Shown here in pieces: positions 39,508-51,560 of a DNA stretch of 64,000 bases; position 1 is the first letter of the stretch, and every line of letters begins with the position of its first letter. The DNA comes from Tilletiaria anomala UBC 951 (lineage: Eukaryota): assembly GCF_000711695.1 (NCBI RefSeq), contig NW_013547020.1, forward strand, positions 124,001-188,000, read 5' to 3'. The notes beneath the pieces were generated by a model. It had not been told where the DNA came from, made no database searches, and saw only the letters and a list, made by a program, of their open reading frames with translations. Both the position numbers and the translations under genes were made by a program.

Positions 39508-40663
39508 CATGTATGCCCAACTGACTTGTATGAATCTAGCCATTCTCCCTCCCTGCCTTTATAGATTGCCTCTGCACCTATTGAGATGGGTGGGTCTATT
39601 GTGAGCGGAAACGTAAAAGACACAGGGCCAGAAGAGTGTCATAAGTGTGGGAAGCAGATTCTGGCAGAATTGGACTCTTGAGTGACATCCCAGCTTCGTA
39701 TGCTTGTGCAGTACCTTGCGATTTGCAGTGGCTAAAAAGTGTTACGCTTGTGAGGTGTGTCTGCCATATGCACCATGGATGCAAAACAGGCAGGGAGTCT
39801 CCAAGTGCGTTCTCGTGGTATAACCCATTTTGGATATCTGCCCCCCAGACACGATAACTCCGTCCCGAGAAATCAGAAAGGCCAGTTCAGCTGTAGCAGG
39901 CAGTGGCCTGCAGTGGCTACAGTACCAATGTTGTCTTGCAGTGCCTTGCGTTCCGCCGCACCGCCGCACCGCGGCACCGGCGGGATCGCTAGTGCGGCCG
40001 AGCCGCATCAGGGATAATCGCCAGCTTGCTTCGGTTACCGGGGCAGCCACTAACAAGCACAAAGATACCGCACGGGCGCGCAATCGGAATCTGTTGTGGT
40101 ATCTCGCTCGTGCCGTGCTGCCATCGACCTCTTCTCGTCCTTATTTCAGATGGGCTTTTCTGCAGGTGCAGCTATCATCACTGCTCTAGAGATACACACC
40201 CGCCCGCCGCCTGGCCAGTGGCCACCAGCACACAGCACCATCTGCTTTACCAATGCCACAGGTAGACAGACGAATTGGTCACACAATGCCCAATCCCGTC
40301 GGCGTATTTTGATTGTTATTCTGCGACACATGTCATGACCATCCCCATCTTTTCCATACACCCGTCTCATTCCAGTCAATCATCAGTCCCTTTTTGGCCG
40401 GGTGCAAGGACCTACGTTGTACCGTGCCAGCCAGGCTTCACACTCGCCGAGCACTTTTCCTCTCCTTGGGTTCTGGTTCGTCTTTTTAGAAGCATCTTTT
40501 CTCTTCCTCTCTCTTTCTCTTCAAGACGATCTTTATTAGCCTCGTCGCCGCCGCGACATTGACCTCGAAGCGGCACCGAGTGGACGCACCAGTCCAAGCT
40601 ATAGAGCCGGATTGCACCCAACAACACTCACACTTCGTCCAACAGTAGATTCGACCAGCCATA

Positions 40664-42159
40664 ATGCAGCTCAACTCGTTTACGCTGCTTCTCGTAGCTC
40701 TTGTCCCCGCCGGCCAAGCACTTGCCGGGCACATGGGCAAGGGCATCCCAGGCCACCACATTCAGAAGCATCACCATGACCTCGCCACACCATCGCTGCT
40801 GAAGCGGGCTCCGGCAGCGGCCGCGACCAACGACGCGAGCTTCGCCAATATTAACAGCACCACGGCGCAGTGCAAACCGTATTATATCGAGTCAGTCAGC
40901 GCCTTCTCCAAGGAGTTCCCACCCGTGTGGGAAATCGCAGACATCCTGCCGAACGACACCGAGGCGCAGCAGATATGGCAGCGGATCCAGGCATCGGGCA
41001 AGATCCCCGACATCGCCCCCCGAGGGCTTCCGACCGGCAGCATGCAGGGCAACGGCTCACGATACGATGCGGTTGCTGACCCGGATTGCTGGTGGACAGC
41101 AACAAAGTGCACAACGCCAAAGCATCCAGGCATCCCCAACGACATTGTCACATGCCCCGAGCCACACATATGGGGCATTTCCTTTGACGACGGCCCAAAT
41201 TGCACGCACAACGCCTTCTATGACTTCCTCAAGGAGAACAACCAAAAGGCCACCATGTTCTACATTGGCTCCAACGTCATGGACTGGCCACTGCAGGCTC
41301 AGCGCGGCCTCACTGACGGTCACCAGTGAGTCAACGTTCTTCTGGTTACCTCTTGACACGGCTGCACCAGGCGGGCGCGCTGATCCCACGCACTTGGGCC
41401 GCTTGCTTTCTTCCTTTCAGGCTCTCAGCACACACATGGAGTCATCGCTACCTGACTGCACTCACCAGCTCGCAGATCTTTGCCGAACTATACTACACGG
41501 TCAAGGTGATCAAATACGTCGTCGGCGTGACCGTAACGTCGTACCGCCCGCCATACGGTGACATTGATGACCGCGTGCGGGCCATCGCCAACGCGCTCGG
41601 CCTCGACACGATCATTTGGACCGACGACACGAATGACTGGCAAATTGCACCGCAGGGCCCTTCGCCGACTGCGGTGATCGACCACAACTACGGCTCCATC
41701 ATCGCCAAGGCTACATCCACCCCGCTGGACCAGGCCGGCATCCTCGTCCTCACGCACGAGATTAACGGTGAAACAATGGATGAGTGGATGAAGGAGTACC
41801 CGCTGGTGAAGAACGCGTTCAAGCACGTCGTCCCCATCGACACATGCCGCAACAAGACACAGATCTACCAGGAGCAACAGTATGTGTACCCGAACTTTTC
41901 GCAGTACATACAAGGCAACACAATGCCGCAAGGCCTGCCGAAGGCAAACGCGATCAAAGCGAAAGCAGCGCAGTACACCATCACGGCTAGCCAGCCGAGC
42001 CGGCCATTAACAAGCACAGCAGCTGCCAGCAGTAAGGGTACAGGCAGCCAGGCCGGTTCCAAGAGCGCAGCGACTGCATCGTTCTCCTCATCCACCCTCG
42101 TGCTCGTCGCTGTTGCTGCTGCCGTCATCGTAGGGAGCTCCGTCACGCTTGCGCTCTGA
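40664..42159 (+). CDS. Secreted, probably GPI-anchored chitin deacetylase (CE4). Exons 40664-41325 and 41421-42159
   Basis: Signal peptide, DCWWT..KC, SFDDGPN, HTWSH, YRPPYGDIDDRVRAIA, DTNDW and LTHE motifs, an S/T-rich stalk and a hydrophobic C-terminus. Confidence 0.93.
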
Positions 42160-43084
42160 ACCGCTCCCGCACATCTGCATTCTAATCACTGTCCAGACGA
42201 GCTCCCACCTCAACCTCGCATTTAACTTCTTCGCCTCAAATCATCCGCTCATTAGTGCACATACACCACAGTTCCACCCCACTCAACGTCCATTGTAGCA
42301 GTAACATAAGCCCCTATCCGCTTTTTTCGTCTTTCGCACATCCATCGCCGCCGCCGATGCCATCATCATCGTTCTCGCTGCAGGCGGCCGAGCCCAAACA
42401 ACGCAAGGCATACAGATTCATCAGAAGCCACTCGACGAGACAGTGTGCCTTGTAGACCGGCCCTATTGTCGATGATTATGTTAACAAGACTTTATGCAAG
42501 GACGGCATGACAAGCCGCCGCGAGGCTCGTGTGCAGGCCCTACACGGGGGCCGTTCGATTATCACATGTCACCACACACGTACTTAACTGTGCAATCATC
42601 ACGGACTATGTAATCACCCACCTTTCTTTTCGCACCCTCCGCGACTTCGCTTTCCCGTGCCAGGCTGGCGTACGCGCACGTGACGATGCCATCGTCAACG
42701 GGGGCCCACGCGCACCAGCACAGAATGGATGCGATCGACGCGGAGGAATCACAAGAGGAGGCTGGAGAAGCAGCGGCTCTGGTGTGTCTGGAACAATCCT
42801 CGCCGTCTGCGTTGTTTACTTTTCTCTTGTCTACTCAGTACGCTCCGCCTCACCTTACCGTCATGCGGAACTGCACAGTCTACCTGCTGCTTACATCTGT
42901 GTATTTACCATTCATACTCTTCTGCCTGCTTCCTCTCTGCAATTAAAAAGCAATTCTCGACGCGCAAAACTTCAATGCTGCTGCCACTATACATGTTCGC
43001 GTGCTTGTGTGGCATTTCTACCGTTTCATGCTACAAGCGTCGTCAGAGCCCTTCCGCACATGATTGTCGAACTGCTGCCAAGAT

Positions 43085-45315
43085 TCATACCATCCCCAGC
43101 CCCTTTATCGTCGTCTTAGTAGTTGCCACAGCACTCGTGGCCGTAGCAGGCTTGCGCACGTAATCCGCAATCCAGCAATTTCCCCTCGCCGTACCAATGC
43201 AGATCAACCCAGCAGCTTCATCGATGCAGATCTCCGTTAGTACGTCTGATCTGCTTGGCACCCCGAACGAGCTGCCGATCGACGAGGACGGTGAGGAAAA
43301 GGCCGCAGACCCAAATGGAAGCTCCGAGCTGGTGCTGGGCGCGCGCCTATCGGGTGTGCCCTGGGTCGGCGGCGTAGGAGGTGAAACTGCCGCGGACTCA
43401 AGACCGACAGCACGCGGCGGCGATGCTGGTGCCGGACCGGCAGGGCAGACCGTCTTAGGTACCGTGGGACGTAGAAAGCTACTCGAGATGTCGTTATTTG
43501 GAATGTTGCTGGAAGGAGCCGGGAGAGCGGGAAGGCCGACATCCGGTATCGGTCGAAGAGGAAGCATGGCGATCGTTGCGGCATCGACACTTCCAGAATC
43601 ATCTGGTTGGCGAGTTAAGGCTCGAATACACGACACAGGTGGCACTCCACCGGTCAGATTGCTCATCAGCACCGCTCGCTTGCCCAATGCGCCGATTGCA
43701 CCACCTGTAATGCGTTCGTTCGGAAGCGCAGCTCTGCCAATGACGCGTGGCGGCCATTCGTAAGGGAAAGGATGGCTAGACGGGCGCTTCTTCCGCTGGA
43801 AGGCGTAGTGCAAGACCGTTTTACTGTCGATCATCTGGAGGATGATGCGGCCGCACTTTGCATCGGCCGTCTTGCTGCGCTGGCTCGTACACCCAGGTCG
43901 GGGCCTGGGTTCCTCGCTTATAGTCACGCTGAGCAAGGGTCGTGAGGATTCATCAGGTGTTTGTCGAGCGATGACTCGGCCTGGCGGTATGGGAGTGTCC
44001 TCCTTCAGGTCGATCGTGCTGGGATCAGGATGCCTGTCTTCGAGAAGCGATGCACTTGGATTCATTCTCGGCGATGGTGCATCCGAGAGTTCGGAAGTCT
44101 CTTCGGCAGACGATGGCAGAGAGAAAACCTCGATCGATCCTGCGCGTGTCACGGAGATGACTGAGTTTTCTAAGAGCTTGACAGAAGCAGTCGAGCATCG
44201 CGATCCTGTTTCCATCGTTGCTCGCCAGCCTGTCGTCCATTTGAAGACGTGGATGAAGCCGACGTAGGTCCCAATGGCTGCAGAAAATATTTTATTAGTA
44301 GCGCATCCATCTGGACTTGTTTGTGAGTTGGTTGAAAGCTTACTTATGTAGTCCCCGCGCAATGACACGCAATGTGTACCAAACCATTCCCGTGGATTCA
44401 ACGATGCTCTCTGATCGAGCATGGCCGGCCGCTTGTCCAAGTCGAGCACGTACACAAGACATCCAGCGCTGCTCTACAAAGTGAAAGAAAATAATGAGCT
44501 TTCCAGATGGCGAATCGTTTTGTTTCTGGCAACCTGGCAATCCGACTCACATAGTACGATCCCACGACGCAGACAAGCCTTTTCTCGTCTTGACTCAACT
44601 CTGCGTCCACACACGTGATATCACCACCGGTGTCAATCTCACTGAGTAGCACCTGCTTTCTTCGCTTGCGCCTCTCATTCGCAGCAGTATTCGTAAGAAG
44701 GCTGCTCAGCTCGTTTGAGCCAAAGGACGAGCTAGGAGGCATCTCGCCCGCTGTGCTTCTGAGCTCCGCCGATTCTTCATTGTAGCTGGTTTGCTCTGGG
44801 ATGTTGCTGCCTTGTGCCTCCGGCAAAGGATTTGACATGTTCCATATTCGAATCCAGCCGTCTACAGCGCCGGTGACGAGGTATCTCCCGCATCGACCTG
44901 AAACGATTTTCATGCATGTGATACGGTCGATGTGCGCCCTGGTCCGGAAGACGGTTTGGGGCTCGGAGCCGTAAGTGTTCCATCTTTCAGACAGCTCCTC
45001 TGACGTGATCAGCATCGAAATCAATTCTTGAACCTTGTCCTCGTTGGTACCGTTGGAATTGTCGGATTTAGGAAGCACAGGATGCTCACGTTGCCAGTCG
45101 TCCAACACCGTCGACCACAATGAGATCGACTTACACGCGAAATGAAGCGAACGACATACTCTGTTGCAAGACAAGATAGTGCTTGGCGGGACGAGTCGTA
45201 AGATCTTGATGATCAGCTCGGTCGGCAAAGATGCTAGCGACGCCGCTCGGCCGTTGTTCCCTGCAAGATTATGGCCGTCCGCAACAAATTCGGCTGCCCG
45301 AAGCACCGTCGCCAT
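43085..45315 (-). CDS. F-box protein with a WD40-like beta-propeller. Exons 45315-44551, 44473-44344, 44277-43085
   Basis: F-box LASLPTELIIKILRLV...CNRVCRSL....SISLW and a WD repeat AHIDRITCM...LVTGAVDGWIRIWN. The second intron (66 nt) is in frame. Confidence 0.8.
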
Positions 45316-46090
45316 TTTTGCATACGCTCGAATCGACCAGCTCGACCGCCTGGGGCTGAGCCCTCAATAGTGGCCGGGCGGTGTTTTCCATGGGCAGTGG
45401 CGTTCAGCAACGTCTGCACAACAGTCGTGTGTCTCCCATGGAACGCCCATTATTCTTCCTGTTTCACGGTCTTGGGCACTTGGCACATTGAAACTAAGGA
45501 AGCATCGTGTCGAATGCGTTATCAAGGCTGAATTGATGTGCTCGTGTTTAAGGCATGCCGGTTCCGCTTGTATTGACCCCCCAAAATACTCCATAGCTCA
45601 ATCATGAACTTCGGTTGGCATTGATATATAAGCTTTCTTCGCTTTCACGATCTCTGAGTTGCTTTGCAGCGCCTCATCGCACAGACGAGTGAACCGTTTC
45701 GGGATGCTTTTTTCTCATTAGCAGCATCCAAAGCTTGCACGGCAGGAAAGCAAAACGAAAGGACGCGACGCGACGCGGGCCTGTGAGAAAATATCCAGGT
45801 CTCTGGCATTTGCATCATTCCCACGGAAGGCTCGCATCAATCCTGAGAATAAGCCACATCGGAGAACCACACATGACGAGGTGCGCTTGGTCTTTGCCAG
45901 ACAGATGACCAATCATAACTTCAAAGGAAATGCCCATGGAAAATACGTGCCATAAAGGAGAGAGGCTGGACACAGAGAGACATCCAACCCAGCAGCAGGG
46001 CAAAGCCAGCAGCAGCCCTTGCTGTCGACTTTGGCGGATCCATCGCTATTGCTGCTGGCGCTGTGTCCACCCTAGAGAGAGGCAATCGAC

Positions 46091-46737
46091 TCAAGCTCGC
46101 TGAGCATTCCGGTGCAGCTCGGGCTTTACGTCCATGACCTTTTGCAGCAGATTCTTGACGACGGCATCCTGGTTTTTCTTGAAAGCTTGGTCGATTTCTA
46201 ACAGCTTTGCCTCTGTCTCTTTGTCCACTGCGGTCTGGACGCTGGTTGCCGAGCCCTCGTACTATGTGTTGGAGAGGAGACGATCAAAGTTGAACTCTCG
46301 TGAACGACACTGGACCACGATGGTTTGAGCAGCACTCACCTCCTTCTGGAATGCCTTGAACTCCTGTTCTTTCTTTGCCTTGATGTCTTCAATTTCCTTG
46401 GCTGCTTCCGTTCGCGCGTCCTTGAGCTTCTGTGTCCGATCTGTATCACAATGTTGCGATGGCGTAAAAGGGCCGAAGGATGTTTCAGTCTCGTCACTTG
46501 AACAGCATGTCCTCTTTCGCGCTCATGTGACACTGACATGTCCGAGCCTTTTGTACGATCTTTGCCGCCTCCTTCTCCGCCTCTAGCAGGGTCGAGATAC
46601 CCTGGGATTGTTGAGCAGCCTGCATGCAACGCAACAATCGGAGAGAAGCGGCGCAATTAGGAATCAAACGATCAACACAATTTCGCTGCGATGCTGCGCA
46701 TTTGTACGCCACCCGCTGAGCATTTAGAGCTTACCAT
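46091..46737 (-). CDS. VMA10: V-ATPase subunit G. Exons 46737-46735 (ATG only), 46619-46538, 46440-46340, 46261-46091
   Basis: The spliced product reads MAAQQSQGISTLLEAEKEAAKIVQKARTYRTQKLKDAR...VKPELHRN. The ORF track misses it because the exons are small. Confidence 0.92.
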
Positions 46738-47457
46738 GGTGCACGTCTATGTTTACTTGTCAGCCGTAATCTCCGTGCTGTGAGCCAGATCTAGGGAGGC
46801 TGATGTCTTGTATGCGACGCCTCGTACAGATGCTAGACTTCGGTGCCCTTTATTGTTGGTGCGGTTCAGGAGGCAATGATGCGCAGTGGTCGGCGCTGGG
46901 GCCGCAGGCTCGTCTTGACTTGAAGGTGTACCGAAGGCGGAACGGCTGAGATGCTGCGCTCTACTGCCGTGCGCAGCCTGCCTGACCCTCTCCTTCACTC
47001 TGTGCCACACCTTTACCACACAGCATCCACAGAAAGCTGTCTGCTGGTTTGCTCACCTTGCTCTGCTTTCTTCCTCATCATCCGCTCCGTTCTAATCTCA
47101 GTCCTTATCTTGTCCTATCCAGAGGCACATAGGTCCAAAGGGAAAGAGGCAGTGAGGAGACCTGACGCCTCTGTACATGTCTGGCTCTGTAAGGTTTCGA
47201 AGACTGTAGCATGTGCCGTGCGCGGTGAAGTTTGTCTCGCACCTGCGTTTGTACCCTGTCTAGTCGACAACCACGAGCGGCCCCCTCAGTTGACAGCGGC
47301 GCCCTCTCCGTACGATCTGCATAGCGCATCCAAAGAACCTTCCTGGCTTCTTGGTGCTGCTTAATAGGGAGGAAATAACAGCAAGCGTAGCGTACAGACC
47401 ACTTCCAATCGCACCGATTGGGGAGGAACTCTCCCGCAGAGGCCAACATCGTTCACC

Positions 47458-50400
47458 ATGGATTCGACACTGGCACCACCCAAGCAAGATGCCTTGGCCC
47501 TCTTCAGCTCTGCATTATCCGCCCCCAATGCAGATGTGGAATCACGCATGCTTGGCGAACTGTATGCACTGTTTGAGTCACAACCAAGCAATCTACCAAT
47601 TCTTTTTCCAAGCATCGTTCCCCTGCTCGACCGGGCGCGAGAGACTCTGAGGAAATGGATTGTGGACGTGATGGACCTTGCATTCTGCAAGGGCGTCATC
47701 AACATCGAGACTCGCAACAGCCGTGAGTCTGCCGCAAAGACCAGTCTCTGGAAGAGCGAGGAACTGCGACACTTGCATGACAGGCAAGCTGCCAAAATCG
47801 ACTTCGCTGACATTCTGCCTTCGACTCATCATGCTTGTACGTTTGCAGTTGCAATGTACATCCCAGAAGCAGTCCTTTCTTTCGTTCGAGAGCCGGGGCT
47901 GCCGTATGCCAAACCCGCAATCCAATGCTTCGCCAGCGCATATCAGGCCGTCTTTCGACAGATGTGAGGACGGCGTGTGCAAGCGCTTCAAGTCCTTTTC
48001 GGCACTCACATTGGCTGACCTCAACGATTCACTGAACTACAGATGCAACGACCGCTCGCAAGTTGGCCAATGGAAGGTTGTCGAAGCCATCAAGCACCGT
48101 TTAGTGGAGATGTTCGACTCGAATCACGGCGGCCACGGATCAATCGGCATCAAGGTTGCCATCATCAAAGCTTACCAACGCATCATCCTCGTTCAGAACA
48201 GAACTACACTAGACGCAAGAGGTTATGGGAGGAACGATGACGTTCACCTCGGCATGGTCCCCCCGAACCATCCTGTACTGCGCGCCTCTCTTCTTGAAGC
48301 AGAAGCCAAGAAGCTGCTCACGTCCGTTGTCACTTTACAATTTACCAGCAAGTGAGTTCCGCCTTAAAGATCTGTGCACGTATGTGCGCTAGACGAAGCT
48401 GACTGCGAATTTCCGCCATCTACTCATTTCAGCAACACGGACTTGGTCATGGCGGCGATGAACACGCTCAGCACGCTAGCGAAATCGCGTCCTGCGCTGG
48501 GCAAGATAGTGTGTGAAGCGATGGTCAGCTGGACTCCTGTAAGCCTTGCTGGGTGCTCCTACAACCGGATTCGCAATGTCGAAAAGACACTGCGGCTCAA
48601 TTACTTCCATCTCCTAAAGTGAGTCTGCGGATGACGACGAAGTACTGCAGGATGCGCTGACAATGTGCCCCCTCTCTCGCTTCTCTAAAAAGGCATTCGG
48701 CTGCTGGTAGCTACGACAAGCAGATTGCAAACGCGATCGAGGCGCAAAAGACGCGTATGGAAGCAGCCAGCATCACGTACAACCAGGCGCGCGATGCAGA
48801 GGCGAAACGCAAGCGTGACCATCTGGCCGACGAGATCGCAGCTGCGTCCAAGCGGCCAAAGCTTGAACTGGCCACTGCTGTGCTTGGTTCAGCGGCAGCT
48901 CAGGGAGTAACGCAGAGTACGCATTCTCCGCAGGAAACTGCAAGAGCTTTCATGAATCAACGGCTACCACAAATGAATCGAGCAGCTGCTTCATTCGACG
49001 TCACTACTCTTCCGCTTCAACTGGTCGTCGACTTGGTCATTGCGAATCTGCAATCCATCAGTGATGAAACTCTGCAAGCGGCGATGCAAGTGAGTCTATA
49101 ACAGCGCATACGAAACGCAAGTAATGGCAAGCTAATAGTTTTCCTTTCCACTCCCTTTGCAGCGCACGCGCGCAAATTTGGCCGGAACACAGCCAGTGGA
49201 TGATATTGCACCACCACTGGACGCACCGAAGGGGCCAGCGGCTCAACTACCAACAGAGGCAGTCGTGAACCCGCTCAAAATGGACGTCGAGGAGGTCGAG
49301 CTGGACAATCTGCCTCTTCCAGCAGCCGAGACTGTCGATGCGGACGAGGAGGCCATTGGTCCTGGAAGTAAGCTTCTAGAGAACTTCGAACTCGCTGCTC
49401 CAGAAGTGCTCGCGCCCACTCAGGCGCTTGAGTTGGTTAAGGGTGCCGTCGGGAGGATGTGCAAATGTGGTGCACAGGACTGGACAACACTGGGTCAGCA
49501 AGATCTAGACTTGGTTGACTTGTCGCGGCCATTGGCTGAGCCGGCGCTGTGGGCATCGCTCGTAATTCGACTGGCCACACGAGGTTTCTCGCCAACCTCG
49601 AACCGCGATGGACACGAAGAAGTGAACAACAGGCTCATCAACTACTCGCAAGATATTCGGGAGGTGGCACACACTTTCGTTCGAGAGAACCCGAAGCAGC
49701 GAATAGGTTTTGCGAACTATTGGCTCATGGAGGAATGGGCGTGCGACCGGCAGCGACGCAAAGACGGTGAAGGGCAGCACTACGAGCGTCTGCTGCTAAG
49801 TTTGTTGGATGGTTTCTTGCAGAACATCGATGCTAAAGATCGTTGGCTTGCCACGTTCGTCTTGGACCTCCCTGAGCTACCGGCAACGGCTGTAGAGAAG
49901 ATCAAGCGTATCTGCATGGACAAGGCGACTATGCCATTGGGGTTTGGTATCATGCGAGATATTGCCATGTCGCGTCCGCCGGCGCGAAAAGCAGTCAGCG
50001 AGATCTTACTGCGCATGACACGATCCACCGACGGTCTATTGCGCAGGGGCGCCATTACAAGCGCAAGAGCATGGGTCGGGCAAGGCTCGGCATTGGAAGG
50101 CACAGTCCTGGCCTATGCGCGCGACTCTTTACAGTGCCTCGTGCAGGGTATGAAGGCTCCGGACGACGAGGAGGTAACCAAAGCGGACGGTGATCAGGAA
50201 GAACCCAAGGAAAAGAAAGAAGAGCAGCCCTCAATGACTCAAGAAGGTGAATCAGATCCCGTCACCACATGGTCTCAGCTGGACGTGCTCCGATACTTGG
50301 AGCTGGATCTCGCCCTGTGCATCAAGGTACCAAGCCTTTTGAACGAAATTTTCGGCGCCTATCCCAGCATGCCAACCACGATACAATCAGCTGTTGAGAA

Positions 50401-51390
50401 GCACATCGCGCCGCTTGTGTCGTCTATGGGTCCTAACAATCCAAAATTGCAAGCATTATTGCGCAATTTTCCTATTGGCGCAGATACACTCGCCCTCAGT
50501 GTATTCCAAGTCCTCTCGGACAAAGGCAGCTCCCCGGCACTCGTCTCTCTGGTCAAATCTTTGGTTTCGGAACGAGACGTCGATCCACGCTTCCTTGTTC
50601 CGATAATGCCCGACTTGTCAAAGGTGAGCTTCGCTTCGGGCTATAGGGTCTTTTGATGCTGATATCTCTCCTTCCACAGACCGAAATCTTGAAGTATCTG
50701 CCGCGCGTGATCAGCATCTTGAACGCTTGCAACACGGAAGAGAATGTCGATCTGGTCAAGTCGGTCTTTCAGTCTATTGTCGTCACGCCAGCAGAAGGCT
50801 TTGGCAGTATCTCCACCAATTTGCCGCGTCTTAAGCATACTGAGCTCCTCACTCCAACCGAGCTCATGGGTCTACTACACCGACAGGAGAATGAGATTGG
50901 GATCAAGGCAGCAGCACAAGCAGTGGAGATCTGCTTCAACCTCACTACTGTCTTCCGAAGCGAAGTGCTCGGTGCCATCTTGAATCAGATCGTGGAAGAG
51001 CCCACACTCCCAACCATCTTTCTACGGACCGTGATCCGGGCAGTGGATCGGTATCGATCACTGAGCACATACGTCAGCGGCAATTTGCTTTCGCGTCTGA
51101 TCACGAAGAAGATCTGGTTGGATCCGCAACTTTGGAAGGGCTTCATCCTCTGCGCCAAGAAGACAGCGCCGGGGTCATACGGCGCGCTTGCTCAGCTTCC
51201 AAAGGAGCAAATCAAAGATGTCGCATTATCGAATCCTGATCTCAAAACTGGATTGCAGGAGTATTTCATGCGAAGGGCGGGCAACAACCCGGCTCGACTC
51301 AACAGTGTCATGGAACTACTTGGTGGAGATGCGATACCTGCGGCAACACCAACAGCACAGACAGCGTCACCCGTTGTTTCTTTGACATAG
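47458..51390 (+). CDS. PTA1: Symplekin/Pta1 3'-end processing scaffold. Exons 47458-47722, 47849-47963, 48043-48351, 48433-48618, 48693-49089, 49163-50623, 50680-51390
   Basis: N-terminal HEAT region (VPPNHPVL...LEAEA) and symplekin C-domain (LLTPTELMGLLH, LPTIFLRTVI, LLSRLITKKIW..PQLWKGFILC). Six introns keep the frame. Confidence 0.9.
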
Positions 51391-51560
51391 CACATAGCCC
51401 CTTTTTGAGCATCAGAAGCAAAGCATTGTAGCTACATACATTACAAAGGTAACCTGGCCAGCCAGACAGACCTATCGCGATTTGTTGGGTTTCACTCGAG
51501 GCAAAATACGTCCCTTTGCACCGTTACTAATTATCCGATTGTCCATTCGATCTGGGAATA

